DNA from: Vicugna vicugna
Lineage: Eukaryota
Assembly (NCBI GenBank): GCA_013265495.1
Contig: MU058748.1
Coordinates: forward strand, 186,001 to 250,000
DNA: 64,000 nt
Direction: 5' to 3'
A program made the translations under genes and the position numbers. A model generated the notes under the pieces. That model did no database searches. It saw only the letters and a program-made list of their open reading frames with translations, and was not told the DNA's origin. Positions 25,705-40,173 of the stretch are shown piece after piece. Position 1 is the first letter of the stretch. Every line of letters starts with the position of its first letter.

Positions 25705-25870
25705 TACACACAAAGAAAATGTATATGTGAGATGATGGTTGTGTTAATTAACTCAGTTGGTGGGGAATCCTCTCACTACATATATAAGTCAAATCATCCT
25801 GCTGTATACTTTAAGTCTCTTAAAACGTTACTTGTCAATTATACCTCAACAGAGCTGGAGGAAAAAACAA
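25530..25870 (+). mobile_element. LINE-1 3' end with (CT)n(CA)n microsatellite
   Basis: gaggatctaa..aacatggtaacaacagttgacaacactgtattgtat ... gtcaattatacctcaa, then an A-rich tail. Confidence 0.8.
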
Positions 25871-26014
25871 AAAAACAGAAGAACAGGTCGGGTCTCATAA
25901 TATTCACTAACATGACCAGAGTAGACAGTATAATAATGGCTCAGGTCCTCCTGAAAGAGTGATCACTTTTATCCCACCCATATTCATAGCAACCACATAC
26001 CAGAATAAACTTAC

Positions 26015-26155
26015 CGATCTTAGGAAGAGGCAGTTGTTTGACACTTTTAGTGTTCCTCTTTGGGGAATTCCATTGTTTTATATCTTTCCCTCTAGGTATT
26101 TAATTTTTTGGTCTCATACAGCATCTTTCAATTAGTCCCGTAACAAAATAGCCCC
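26015..26155 (-). pseudogene. Exon, 141 nt, GYFVTGLIERCCMRPKN*IPRGKDIKQWNSPKRNTKSVKQLPLPKI
   Basis: Acceptor ccattttcacag, donor TCG|gtaagt, symmetric phase 1, one TAA. Confidence 0.65.
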
Positions 26156-27632
26156 CTGTGAAAATGGATCTGGACAAAATAGCTTAAAAGATGAGGCTTT
26201 CCCCTTGTATTTATCTTTCTCAATTTCTGGTAGTCATACAGCAGAGTTATGATGGATCATAAGTGCTTTTGAAAAAAGAATAATAATAAAGAATAAAGTA
26301 CAAACTGATGTTGTTCATAACCCGGTAAAGCTCTTTTTTTTTTAACTTGAAAAACTCATTTTAAAAAAAAAAACATACTCCCCACAAAACCATTTAAAGC
26401 AAGGCTGGTTTTATCCTTATTCTTAAAATATACATCTGTTAATTTTTAGACTATGAAAGCAATTATACACAATCTCTTGCTTAATTAAAACCTTGTTTGT
26501 CCAGCTCTGTCTGCCCAACGCACATCAAGATATAAGTTGCATATTATTCAGACTCCTATAAGATCAAAGAAGTTCTGGTCTCTCTAAGACAGTAGGTGGT
26601 GAGGCTTCTAGCTTTGAATAAGCACTCCATTAAAAAGCTTCTATAGGGAAAGCAGTTAACACTGTTTGCTGTTAATCAAATTTGTTCCTTTTGCCCGTGT
26701 AAGTCAACCAATTAGCTCTGGAAAGTGTGCACTTTGTGGTGCGTACGTGTGTTTTCCAGTGGCTCCCAGCCCCACATTTATCTCATTCTAGCCCTGCAAA
26801 ATACACACATATACATACACTATATAACTTCCTGTTTTTACCAGGCAACCTTACCAATTGGCATGCTATTGTTTTAATTCATAGGATAAGAATCACATGC
26901 TCCCTCTGTCAACACAACTCGGCCTGATACCCTCCAGATACCACTAACTGTATGCACTAGTGGCAGTGCTTTTTCTTCATTTTTCCCCTCTTGATCCCGT
27001 CAGTGGTCTTTTGTCACACTGAGCACTGGAAACCAATAGGAAAGTGAGAGAGAGAGGTAGAGCTGGAAAGTGGAGGGCTAGTCTTGCATTTTAAGGTTAG
27101 AAATGTAAGAGAATCTCTCCGGAAATACAGTATATGTTTTAGAGCTGGGAAAGAGAATTAGTAGAATGACTTCAACCAAGAAACATGGCTTTTCAGAGTC
27201 AACTAAGGCAAAATGAGGTATTTCTTAAGCAGGCAAAAGATCAAAACTTCAGTCAACCAAGGACCTAGCAGTCCAAAAAACTCAGGAAGGGAAACCCAGG
27301 GAGAAGTTTTTTGTCCATATGCCTGAGGAAAACAGAGTTGTTAAGGAGAACACACGAAAATCCACATGAGTTTTTCTAACACATATGAAATACATAAAGC
27401 AGAACTGGAGCTGAGTGCAAACCATGTTCACTGTGTTCCCTTATTTCCTTCTATTTCATTTCCAGAACTGGTCAAAGGGTATAGTGAGAATGCTCAGAAT
27501 CCAGTGGGGGTAGGGAGGAAAGAGGAAAGAGTTCCTGATACCTGATGATTTATTAGCAAGAAAAAAAAATTAGTTTGTGGCTTTTCCCCCATATCCCCTC
27601 AAACTGAAATTGTATATTCTACTGCTAAATAT

Positions 27633-27706
27633 TTTTTTTAACATTTTTATTGATTCATAATCATTTTACAGTGTTGTGTCAAATTCCAGCGTTCAGTACA
27701 ATTTTT
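27633..27706 (-). mobile_element. Young, 5'-truncated LINE-1 3' stub with a 16-bp TSD
   Basis: TSD ttctactgctaaatat at 27617-27632 and 27707-27722; poly-T followed by aacatttttattgattcataatcattttacagtgttgtgtcaaattccag. Confidence 0.85.
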
Positions 27707-30700
27707 TTCTACTGCTAAATATATGCAGCAGCATTAAGGATACGTCTAATTTTGGGACAAATGCAAATATTATATTTAAAGTTTTGGCTTCAAACTCAAT
27801 TTTAGCATTTAAACGGCTATACTATGCAGTAAACATCAGAGAAATTTATCAAATAAAATAGCATTGCTCTAGAAAAATTTGAAACTTTTAAAATAAGTAC
27901 ATCATTTAAACTGTGTTAATTTTCTTTACTGTCCACTCATGGCCCCAGACAAGCATAAAATAGATTTTTTAAATGATTACATAATTTACAGACGTAGGAC
28001 AGTATACAATGTGACCTCTTTTGGAAATTTAATGATTCTTTTAGGGACTACACTTATGCCCAGGTAGTTTGCAGCTGGGGAGAAATAAGATATATTATAA
28101 ATTCTGTGGTCCTCAGTTTAGTAGTTGAGCTACATTTTTGGAATAGATCCAAACTTTATGTTGAGTAAAAAGTCTTTTGACTGTTGCAGCAATCATGTGT
28201 TATTTTTCTTTTGTGGATTTAATAGAGATGCACTTAGGCAAAATTGTGAACTATTGGCATTTGTTTTCTTCTGTTAGTATTCCTGTCTCATCTAAACAAA
28301 TTTTCTCTTGTGTTGTTAAGATACATATCATTACATGCTCAATTCCTTGCTTCCTTCATTCCCTATTTTCTTCTTCCCATTCCCAGAACAAAGTGCCGCT
28401 GTCTTGCTTTTATTTTATTTTTCCTGTTTTGTTTTGTTTTTTGTTTTTTTGTCTCTAACAACCTGATTTCAATAAACTTCCAGGTTGGAAAGGATTTATC
28501 TGTTTCTGCTATCATACTGGGGTCTGTGCTGCCAATAATTAAGATAGAATGTTATTTTTAATCCTAAATTAGTTATGAGACATCTTCTCCAGGTTAGGTG
28601 ACAGTTATTACATTTGAGCTACAGATTCTATCCCAGAGGAAACTATCTCGCCTATTTGAAATCACTCCCTGCTGGTATGATCCATGCCTATATGGGTCGA
28701 TTCATGGCTTATTAATTGAATTAATAGGAATAAAGCATGATGGTTTCTCATGAGCAACAAAATATGCTGCTTTCCTATTTTTTGTTATTAGAATTGTATG
28801 GAGTTCTCTTTTGTAATATGTTCTGCTTACTATTCTTTATGATCTTGAATAATTCTACTTACAAGGTTTTCTCACCAAATATCTACTCTCTAGGCTGTGA
28901 TCCCTAGATAAAGTCATTTACATTTTTTATTTCAAATCACTCTTGTGCACCAATTTTAACCTTTGGTGTATATTGTTACTGTATTACACTTTCTATTTGT
29001 AAACCTATCAAATTTGCCAAGTGCTTTCTATTTTCTTTATTAATAATCAGTCCCAGTAAAATGTTATCCACTTATTATTCTTATGATTCTGCCACAATTT
29101 ATGAGCTACATTCGCCATGGTGTGACTAGTTGGCCCACCTTGGTCCACACTAAGGAAAAAAATACCTACAAAAGCCACCAGCTGACCTTCTGTTGCAAGT
29201 AGTTATCCTTTTCCACTAATTGTGCACCTCCCTAAAGCAGGGCTGTCTACTGTAATGTGCTGGAGACTAATGTTAGTAATATTTTTTGTCAAAATCTCTT
29301 ACCAATATTAATATACTTTACTGTCTCATTATTTGAGTTATTATTTATCAAAGAATCAGATGAAGTTTATTGTGAATTTAAAGATGTAATCTTACTCTTT
29401 TTTTCAATATTTTTAATTAAAGTATACTTTGTCAGTCATTATTCTGGTATCCCTAGCAATGTCTTCACTCTCTATTACTGTGTAATAGTCCAGCATCCAA
29501 CTATATTATAGGGATTTAATGAAAGAATGGATTTTGAGTCCCAGATCCATGTATTGAGACCATACATTTAAATTGTGTAAACTCTTTACTTTCATTGTTA
29601 TTAGAATGTTAAGAGTTTTTATTTACTTATAAAATCAGAATAAATTTCCATAGTGTTGATGATAGAGGGTAGAAGTGAAGATAAAATTTGCTGAGAAAGT
29701 ATTTTAATAGTACATATTTCCTAAATGTTATATGTTGAGTATTTCCTAAAATTAAAATTATTCCTTAACCTAGTTAACTGAATGTGCTTTCTAGATTTTT
29801 TGCACTGACTGTGTTTAAATAATGTCTCTATCTTAAACGCACATAATCTATTAAAAAGTTAACATTACGTATAACAATAAGGACTTCTCTCTCCCATCTT
29901 AGTCCTTAAGAAGCTTTTACTTCTTGTTTCAGAATTAATAGTTTCTCGGTTTTAGTCCTTGAATTTGTGCCTGTTAGCCAAGGATGTTTTAGGAAAGAAA
30001 TAGTAAATTACTAGAGAATTTAAGAGTTTTAACTTTTCAGCAAACCAAGTGCAAATAAATACAATGTTTATTATTTTAGACTAAATATGCATTAAATCAA
30101 ATGAACAATTACAGGGTCTGGTGGAAGGAGCATTTGAGAAGTCTTAGGACATAGATTCTGCTTCAAGCCTCACTAAAATTAACTGTGTACAACATTTAGA
30201 GGATGGGTGAATTTTAGTTCATCTATAGCATTTATTTTAGCAAAAATATATAAAATCAATAAACAGAAAAATACTTTTATCTTGAAAATGTTTTACAATA
30301 ATGGAAGAAGTAATTAAATGTTTTAACAAAATTAAGGCAGTTGGAGGGGATAATATTTAAACACACATAAATACCACTCAAATGATCAAATGCTAAGTTT
30401 TCATATTTTTATCATATTAAAAATATAAACAAAACATGATAGTTGAAATAGGGACATTCTTTCATTGGTTTCATTCATTCATTTATCAAAATCACACAGT
30501 AAGACAGTATCAGAGCCATGTTTTGAACCCAAGAAGTTTGGCACAGCATCCATGCTCTTAACCAGTATATTCTACCATCTCTTAATTCATTAGATTCCTT
30601 GTCTTTAAAACAGGAGACAGTCATAATATTGTCATTAAGATTAAAAGGAGGCCTTTAGCACAGTTCCAAGAACATAACTAGTAAATAAATGTTATGATCC

Positions 30701-31119
30701 TTATTACATGTGCTATTTTTTACTCCAAGTTACTTCTAGTATTACATACATAAATTAATATAATACTATACTTAGTATTATATTCAGAAGAATCAGGATT
30801 TATCCCAAAGCACATAGCCGCTAGTTGAGTACAAGCTCTTCTGTTCATTAGCTACTCAAGCAATGGGAATCATAGCAAATATTTAACTTCTTAAGCCAGG
30901 TTTTCACATAAAAAATGCATTAGACTGATAGCCAGTAATGGGTCTGATGTCAGATGAGAGAAGGGGAAAGAATACACTTTAAAAGAAACAGAAAACTAGA
31001 AAATACGTAATTAATATTCAAATTTAACATGGTACTATGGTACTTAACCATAAACACAGGTGAAAATCCATCTGTTGATATTCTTTGGTAGTATGCAGAT
31101 AGGCAGGAGTATTCATCTC

Positions 31120-31690
31120 ATGAGCCAGGAAATTTGGATATATTCCTCTGAGTGAGTTACTTTGTTCATCAATCTTTCATATGTAAACCATTCTACTGTG
31201 GTTTTACTTTTCATTTTCCTGATGTGTAAAGGTTTTGAGAAACTATATATTTTATGACCATTTGTATATCTTCTTTTGTGGAATACCTCTTTGAGCCTTT
31301 GCACATTAGAAGCTGTCTTTATTTTTTATTTGTAGGATTTTATTATGCATTCTGGGAATAAGTCCTTTGTCTGATATATCTATTATAAAAATCTATTCCA
31401 GTCTATAGCTTTTTCTTTTCAGTCTTAATGCTATCTTAATTTTAATATGGCCAAATGTATTAGAGTTTAAAAAGCTTTAGAGTGAAACTGTGTCTCATTG
31501 AATAAATCTTTGACACCAAAGTCATCAAGTTATTCCCCTTTTTAAAATCTTCAAATACTTTGTAGTTTTCCTTCCATACTTAGATCAATAATCATGTGGG
31601 ACTCATCTTTGTCTATGGTAGAAAGAAGGAGGGGGTGGTCACAATTCCTTTTTCCTTTATGGATATCTAATTGATCCTGATAAATCCAAT
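31120..31690 (-). mobile_element. Old LINE-1 ORF2 3' fragment
   Basis: ccatttgtatatcttcttttgtgg, attctgggaataagtcctttgtctgatata. Confidence 0.75.
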
Positions 31691-32203
31691 TGATCTATAG
31701 TAGGTTTAAGCGATCTGATTAAAATCCCAACATCTGTGTATTCGTTCATAAGTGTGTTCCCAAACGAGTGTGAGGGGTTGTTAATTTACATCAAAAAGCA
31801 AAAGACCAGAAATATCCAAGGATGTCTTTTAGGAGAATAAATATGGAAGTCTTAGATTTCTACCAGTAATCAAAACATAAGGTATAATAATTAAGACAGT
31901 GATTTTTAGCAGAAGAACATGTAACAGAATAGAATGCATAATTGCATCCACATATGAAATGTTACCATATTCATGAAAGGGTGGCATTACCTAGTATTAG
32001 AAAAGGAAACATTGGAGGCTATCCTCTTCAGTATTCATCTCCCAGTTACACATGTTCTTGCAGTCTTAGCTATTACCTATTATTTTAAATACTGTTGTGT
32101 TTAAATTTCATAACCCTAATTTATTACGTATTTTCAAGTTAGCTCCTATTTTTTGGTAGATAATTCATGTAACCTAAATAAATTAACAGGATCTTGAGTA
32201 CTA

Positions 32204-32273
32204 GTAATTTATTTTGTAGTTTGTACATACTAGGCAACTTGTAATTTATTTTGTAGTTTGTATATACTAGGCA
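32204..32273. repeat. Short tandem duplication (33-bp unit, 37-bp period)
   Basis: gtaatttattttgtagtttgtaYatactaggca twice, one mismatch. Confidence 0.9.
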
Positions 32274-33579
32274 TCCAATACATACATGTAATTCAATGTA
32301 AAGATTTTCTACCTTATTAGGAAGTTAAAAAAAAAACTATTGCGACAGCTGGTGATTAAAAATTGGTTATTGTAATTTTAGAATGACTCTTTGTATTGGA
32401 GTTTTGTTGTTGAAGAATGTTAATTTTTACCTTTGAGAAATGCAAAAGTATGTCTTAGGAACAAATGCTACTTTAAAAAAAGTGAGATATAGAACCATGT
32501 CTGCCTAATAATATTAAGAAAATTTCACTCAAAAAATACTCTCAGTAGGCAGGAGAGAGAGACAGGAATATTTATATTCTTAATACCTTATCAGTGAAGA
32601 AGCACTTCTGAAATGGTGCACGAGGGACCTCCAAAAATTTCATCTTCTAAAAAAGCATTATTTTAGAAGACGAAAAATATCAGAACCAACTTTTTCAGAA
32701 CTCTGAAGTTAACCAAAGACTTATACCAATCTGAGGAGCAGACTTTATTTAAAGGACCAAAATCAAACCAAAACAACAAAAAAAACTAGCTGAAACCTGA
32801 TACTAGGACCAAAAAAAATTTTTTTTTAACTAAAGATTAGAAGACTGTCTTTCTGGCACTGACACAGACATCTCAGGATTCTTTACTTAGCCAGTCTTTG
32901 GGTTGGGGAGCGGGGAAAGTGAAACAAAATGCCTGTGGGTGCATTTTGCTGACAGAAAACTAATGCCGTAAGGCTCTTGGAGGCTAAGCATAGCACGCAT
33001 ACATATATGGTGATTGTTTTTAACGGTTCTTGATGCTTTGATTCACTCAGAAAATATTAGGAAGAGGTTTCTTTGAATTATACTTGTGAAACTGCAGAGT
33101 AGTGAGGTAGCTTGCCCTAAAGTGTCTTTTTAAGGAAGAATCAGAAATTGCTTTCAACCAGAAAAGAATCAATTTTCCAACTGTAAGTGGTTATTGAAAG
33201 AAAGGACACATTTTATAAGTAATGAAGTATTCCAGTGAGGAAATAACTGAATACTTGTGAGGATAGCGCGAAGAGAGACACAGATAAGGCGACAACATTG
33301 ATCGAGCTTAGGGCTTAGTCTTTGCATCAGAATGATCTGAATTTGTATCAGGCTGGGCTGGATCTCAGTTCTGAAGCTGCTGTGTTAGGTGATCATGTTG
33401 CTGGGTCCCGTTTATCCTGTGCAACTTTATCTCTAAAATACATTTAGTGCTGAATGCTCAATAAGTGTTAGGTAATTGACCTATGTACAGTCCACAGGCA
33501 GAGAGTAAAATCCTGCTTGAACGAAGTACACTGACTAGCTTAGTACTGTCAACACCCCACAGTGATTTTTCTGCCTTTT

Positions 33580-33758
33580 CTAGAACTTGTGCACGACAGC
33601 AGAGCAGAAGGGATCCTCGGTGGAATTTTGTTCAGATCCTTTCAAGCTGCTTCCGTGGAGACACAGACATTTAAGAATTAACTCTGGCAGTGGGAAACTC
33701 TCAGGAGACAGTGTAGCCTCTGTAACCCCTGCTGCAGTGCTTCTGAAGTCTGCGGAGC
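33580..33758 (-). pseudogene. Exon candidate (G)SADFRSTAAGVTEATLSPESFPLPELILKCLCLHGSSLKGSEQNSTEDPFCSAVVHKF*; donor not located
   Basis: Acceptor ttgttcacag, phase 1 matching the upstream exon, open for about 59 codons, unique and GC-richer than its flanks. Confidence 0.5.
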
Positions 33759-34851
33759 CTGTGAACAATTGCTTTTCCTCTTTCTTCCTTAGTTTAGGGC
33801 ATCATCGTTAAAATGGGTTTCAGCTCTGATGTCAGGCAGCTAGTTCTTTGTGACAGGAAAAATGAGATGATCTCGGGATATCTAATTATTTTATTGTGTA
33901 TTCAAGGTACCTCTTCCTTTAAAATGTTACAGAATGGTTACTTGGATACCCAGAAAGGGTAATCACCTTTATTTAGTGCTGAGCTAAAAGTTTAGCCATC
34001 ATCTGCTTGATATTTTCCTTATGGCAAATCTCTCAGGAAAAAAAAAGGCAAAGTTCAATAGGGCAGAGGATGGCCCACATATACCCATAAAGAAAATTAA
34101 TTTAGGGGAATTATTTTACTAAAAGTTTATAAAATACTTTTCACTTTCAGGTGTTGATCAGTTTGTAAAATACAGCTGCTGTGCCACAGTAGATAAATCC
34201 TCATCAAATGGTAAATAATAAAGGCGTTCAGAGTAAATAACTTGAAGTTGGCAAGTGTGGGATGCTGATTCTTTCCCTTGAGAGTTAATCACCACGAAGC
34301 ATTAAAGCGGCAATTACGTTTGCCGTGTCATGACTGTGACTATACAACTAATCTCGGAATTCCTTCACTGAAATTAGAAAGCATAGTATCTGAGAAAATA
34401 AGCATTTCCAAATTGATGCAGATGCATCCATTTCAACCCTCAAGGGCTCCAGCCTTGATTTCTGGATCCAATAGGATCAAAACATGAATCTACCCCTTTC
34501 CTACCTGTGTAACTTTGAAGAAAAAATGCTTAAAGGTGCTGAGTCCATGTGTAATTGAAAATTTGACTAATCTTTAGGGTTTAAAATAAAAGATTAGGAA
34601 CAATATATGTATAAAAATACCACTAGACCTGTCCAATGTGGAGATAAAAATAAAATAACTGAAAATAAAATCCTGCATTACAAACCCCATTTGTGTGACA
34701 AGGCCTTGGCCCCCTTATTAACGGTTTGTCCAGTGATTGTTAGGCATTCTTGGGTGACCGTATGTCTATTTAAAAACTTATTCAAGTTGTTGTGCTTCAC
34801 ATTTTCCCTGGATATCCACTTCAGTCAAGCAGCTTTCGGGTAAAACCTTAC

Positions 34852-35057
34852 CGATTCTGTTTGCTGCTAGAGGTTGCCAAAGGAACACTGCTTTCCCGTC
34901 GTGTGGGGACTTCTCCAATGTCCCTGCTGGGTGTTGGGATGGGGGAATAGAGGGACATAATGACTATCTCCTTGACCTTGACCCTGATGTATCATAGACC
35001 AAAGCATCAAAGCGGCCGTGGCTGTGGCCTGAACTTGAAGTTCTCTCCAGATGGCAA
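34852..35057 (-). pseudogene. Exon, 206 nt, CHLERTSSSGHSHGRFDALVYDTSGSRSRR*SLCPSIPPSQHPAGTLEKSPHDGKAVFLWQPLAANRI
   Basis: Acceptor ttatttcacag, donor TCG|gtaagg, one stop in 68 codons. Confidence 0.6.
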
Positions 35058-36999
35058 CTGTGAAATAACTTGTCCCCCCGACACAGCCATAATATAGCAG
35101 AGCTGGCTTAGAACTTAGCTTTGTGATCTCTAATTAAGTGACTCTATAGTACACTGCAGCTCTTTTTCCCCTTGTAAGAGTCTATACTCCCCTCCCTCCC
35201 CACCACCAGCCACGTCCACCACTCCTCCTAGGATATGAAAAAAGAGACTTACATCCAAAGATGTATGAGTGCACACGACACCACTTTTCTCTATTAATGT
35301 GCTCAGTTTAACACTGAAATGAGTGCAAACCAGATTTCTGTGAGCTAGTTTTTTTTTTTTCTGGTTGAGCAATTATTTTGATAAATTTTATTAAACTTGA
35401 GGATTCTTACCACTCCACTGACTGAAAATAATTGTTTTCTGAATTTTATAAATGTCTCTATTTACTAATCACTTGCATTATTATATTTGAGCCTTATAGA
35501 TGGATCAAAAAAAAAAAAAGATGAGAGCTTTCTCAGCTATCGGTTTCGTATAGAAGAGAGCAGGGGTTACAGGTATGCTTTTTATGCTTATATTCTGGGT
35601 TATATTTGTTTTTTTAATAGGCTTCATTTTTTTAGAACAGTTTTAGGTTCACAGCAATTTTTTTTTAAATTGAAGTCCAGTCAGTTAACAATGTGTCAGT
35701 TGCTGGTGTACAGTGCAGTGTCCTAGTCGTGCATAGCCATGAGAGTTGCCAGTCTGAGCTGGGTCTTTTAATCTATTTTCTACTCTATTAATGACAAAGC
35801 ATGCTTAAATATATGAACATTCTTTAAGAATTTATGTTTATATTAAGAAAAACATAAACGTATTTTAAAAAGTGGCTGCACCCATGATACTTGTCAGTAG
35901 CAGTATTTTGTCATAATTATGTTTTTCAGGAGATCGAAAAATCATTCTATTCCATTAGGTCACACTGTCTGACCACACTTTCTGAGAAATCCCAAATGCT
36001 GCCATTTCTGCAGTATCTCTCTGTCCCTTAAGAGTTGTTGTATTTCCTTAGTCTGAAATGTGTGCAGTATTTTATCATTGCATGCCTTAAACAAATGACT
36101 GCATAAACAGGTGGTTTTTATTGACTTCCATTTTATAATGTGAGTTAACGTCAAGCTAGATAGAAATCTGACTACCTTTCATTGAACTTTGATTTTTATC
36201 ACATTCATCTTGCTCTGTTCTAATGAACTAATACATTTTTCAGGCCTTACTTTCATTCAGAAATTGAACAGACTTCTGAGACTAGAATGTTAAAGTTTAA
36301 TTCCAAGACTTCTTATAAAGAGAGCTTGTAACTTGAAAAATGCTTCATATATCATTTAATATCAAAATTGGACCAAGCCATTGTTGGGAATGTGTTAAAA
36401 CATACTACTTGAGAAAGTCGTTATATTTATCTGAAAATAAGGAGATAGATAGATGTATATAAATGCAGTTATACAAAAAAAATTACTTTTTGATACCACA
36501 TACCCTGGATTTGGTAAAAAGTATAAAATTGTAAGGTCAAAGAATAATTCTAGGCACTGTCTTAAAGCTCTGTGTCAATACTAATTGATACAATACCAAA
36601 GAGACAACTTTGAACTAACTCCCCACTCTTCTACTCTAATTTCTTTTTGTGCCTGATTAATGATACTAGTCAGTATCACCTATATTGGAAATACCAGGGA
36701 GTTTATGTAATTCTAGAATGTCTTTTATACAGTCTCATTGAAATTATCTGTAGGTGATGTACTTGAGGGTTGAGTTAAAACCTTCTATTTCATTATCACC
36801 TCTATTTCAGTCAGAATTAGAAAATTATCCAATAATATAGTTTTAGGAGCCCATTACAGACTAAACGTGCATTTAAAATCAAACTGTGAAGCAGTGAGCT
36901 TTCTGTTTTAATAGCCAAGCCCATAGACTTGAGTAAAACGCGGATGGAGAGACGCTCAGAGCATGCGGATTTATGGATGATGTGGAGAAACATGCTTAC

Positions 37000-37035
37000 A
37001 AAAGCCTTTGACTGCATCTCAAAAGCTCAGTAGTC
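37000..37035 (-). pseudogene. 36-nt exon candidate TTELLRCSQRL
   Basis: gtgtttctag ... TTT|gtaagc, phase 2 to 2. Confidence 0.4.
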
Positions 37036-37379
37036 CTAGAAACACTTGAAAATTCCTCCCCTCCTACTTTGGAGAAAACTTCATCTTTTCACTTTGAATA
37101 TAAAGTTGAATATCATAGTACTTTCTAAAAGTCTGAACTATTGACATGTAGGCATCTTTTAAAAACACACTTAAATGCTACTTCACTTTCGTGTACACTA
37201 GATAATTCTCTTGTAGAACACAAGGTCCATATGCTTCACATCAATCTATGTTGTTCACTGCTGTATTGCTGGGACCAGCAATGATGTAAGGTAAACAGTA
37301 AGTAACCAAGAAATACATATTGAATAAATGAATGAATGTAATTTAACTTTAATTCCTACCACATTGATAATTAATAGAA

Positions 37380-37687
37380 AGCATTTGTTCACGCTGCTAT
37401 AACAAAATACCACAGACTGGATGGCTTATAAACAACAGAAGTGGATTTCTCAGACCTGGGTGCCAGCATAGTTGAGTAAGGGTCCTCTTCGGAGTTGCAG
37501 TCTTCTCTTTGTCACCATCCTTGTCGTGATACAGGGAGTTCTGTGGGATCCTATTAGAGGAGCAGTAATCTCATTCATGAAGGCTCCACCCTCATGAGCC
37601 AATGACCTCCCCACAGCCTTACCTTGTAATACCATCACCTGGGGCTAGGATTTCACCTGAAGGGACACAACCATTTCAACCACAGCA
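37380..37687 (-). mobile_element. MLT1 (MaLR) LTR
   Basis: gctgctataacaaaataccacagactggatggcttataaacaacagaa ... aataccatcacc. Confidence 0.85.
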
Positions 37688-40053
37688 TGATACAATTGAT
37701 AAATACTTTAAAACTTCCAATGGGTTAGAATTATAAATGTCAGGGTATTAAAAATATAGACTAGATTTGTTTAACAGTCAAAACCGTTTTTGTTGTTCAC
37801 AAAAGTTCAGTTTATCCATTAATGATACACATGCCACCTGATGGTCATCATTTATAATGTATCAATCTGTCGCCTGCAGCTTCAGGGTAACTAGGTTTCT
37901 GCATTTTAATTATAGGCTTGACTAGCCCAGTTCAATTTGCTGTGTCTGTGTATTCTATTGCTATTATTGACCAAATACTTCAGCAGGAGTCAAACTTTAC
38001 TGGAGGAAAGAAAATTTAGATGTGTATAACATTTATTCTTAAAGAAATAGAGTTGAACTTTCCCCAAACGGTAGTGACAGTGTGACTAGGTCTCACATTT
38101 CTCTGGATCTATAATTTTTTTTTATCCTTATAGATATTAAAGTAGTTCAACAACCACAAAGTGTTTCTTAGATTCTTATTAATCTCTCAAGTGTTCCTTT
38201 ATACTCCAATCGTTCTTCCATTTTATCAATCCCTCTACCTTATATCCAAAGCCATTCTTTACTATTTGATGTTCCTAAGATACTTTCCATTTCCTTTTTC
38301 TTTAATAAATTATTATGCCATTTATTTTTTTAACCCAATCTGCCTTTTCACATTTCTCTGTTGACACTTCTTTCCACAACTCCTCACACCTAGCCCTGCT
38401 CCCCACTACTCCTGATTGCACCATATGCAGAGATGCTTTTGCCAATCAGTCACCCTAAATACAATGTCAAAGGACTACTGAATTGTCCAGGACTACAAAA
38501 AATGTGAGATACCGAACTATTGACTATGGAGATGAGAAGAACAATGAAAATCAAAATCAACGTTTATTTACATAAATGTCCATAAAATGCAATGCTATGT
38601 CAGTTTATAAACAGCAACTTAAATCTGTTACAGCAATGTATAAATTATATTCCATGAGAGAAATAGATGCAATTTAATGGCTACTTGATGTGAGATGAGA
38701 CTTGTAAAATAAGAGATTAGACCCAAGAATTTCAAAATGCCTGAGTGCATTTTTTCCTTCCATCCTGCTGTAATGATTTTCAAATTTTCCTCTCTGACCA
38801 TAATTCTCTTCATCTTTTTCTGTTCTTAGTGAAAATGTCCACCTCCTCTAATCTTGAATGTCAAAGGTTATGAAATGTTGTCTGTATTCTTCAAACAGCC
38901 TATTACTTGCTTTAGGACTCCATAGTTCTCCATGATATTATTCTGTAGTATGAATTCGCTGTACTCTATACCCACATGAGTGTAAGGTTATCTAGGAAGG
39001 GCTACAAGGTATGCCCATCATAGTATATCCATTAATAATGTGTGGAATGTATCAAAAGCGGTTTACTATTTCTTTGACTCAGCCACCACCAGGACTGACT
39101 GAGTTAGTGGAGAACCAGGGGAAATCTGTTTCTTCCTAGCTAATATTTACCTGAAAGTACTAAAAACTGAGGGCAAACAGACCAAAAGGGAGTCATGGAA
39201 TTGGGAATAAATTTCGTATTAATGACATTTTAATAAATTCATAGCCACTGAAAAATACTCCATGACTCATCTAGGGCTAAGAAGCTAGACAATATTTTGG
39301 GGACAGAGCTGGTAATATTTGTTCATTTTATTTCATAATTATAATCAACTTATTGAGTCTGTCATGTGCTTGTGTTAAGATAATTGGTCTACATAGGTAA
39401 TGACATTTACTTTTGTTTAATTATTTTAGTAGCACTGGGAACAATTTTACAGCTGAGTAAACTGTAGAGACTTTAAGTTAATTATTTGGGGTCAACTAGG
39501 GAGAAAGGCATAAAGGAGAGATTCCAATTTGTGTTTCTGTATTTCAGTCTTGTGTGTTTAACTGCTTAGAACTGCCATACCAAAGATGCTAAATATTTTT
39601 TCTTCCTCTTCATTTCTTTAATACTTTGATTTCCCATTCTTCAGCTCCATTTTCTTCATGGCTAATTTTATTTAAATTGTTTATAAAAATGTAAGTATGC
39701 ACTCTGTTCAGTGCTTGGTGTTCAATTCAGTAAAGGTGTTAGGTACATCTAAAGTAATTACCAAATGCTAGGATGATGCCTACGGAAGACCCTGTGGGAC
39801 AAGGAGCAATAATGTGTACATACCAAGTAATTGCCCTAGAAAAACCAAACACAGCCTTGAACATGGGGGATGGAGACGGGGAGTGGCAGAAGAGGTCACT
39901 GTTGCTGTTCCATGCCTGACATTTGGGAGGTGTTAATTACCAAGCAGCAGGTGTTTTCTGTCCTCAGCAGACAGCCTCCCGAAAGCAAAGCTGGCAGTGC
40001 TGCCTCTGAACAAGAGGTACTGATCCAGCCGTTGTTTGGCACAATGAACCTAC

Positions 40054-40173
40054 CTTTCTGCTCTGGGAAATGTTGCATTGTATTATCTGGGATTTCATCC
40101 AACATGGATTCCATCAGAGAGAATTGCCTCATCACATTATTTTTGACTAGGGTAAGACTGCAGGTCTGCTCTT
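40054..40173 (-). pseudogene. Exon, 120 nt, EQTCSLTLVKNNVMRQFSLMESMLDEIPDNTMQHFPEQK (alternative acceptor would extend it to 40185)
   Basis: Acceptor gactttcag, donor AAG|gtaggt, open, phase 1 to 1. Confidence 0.6.

Noticed and set aside
35960..36052. TKEIQQLLRDREILQKWQHLGFLRK after a catttcag acceptor
   Set aside because: No convincing donor, and the phase is not matched by a neighbouring exon.
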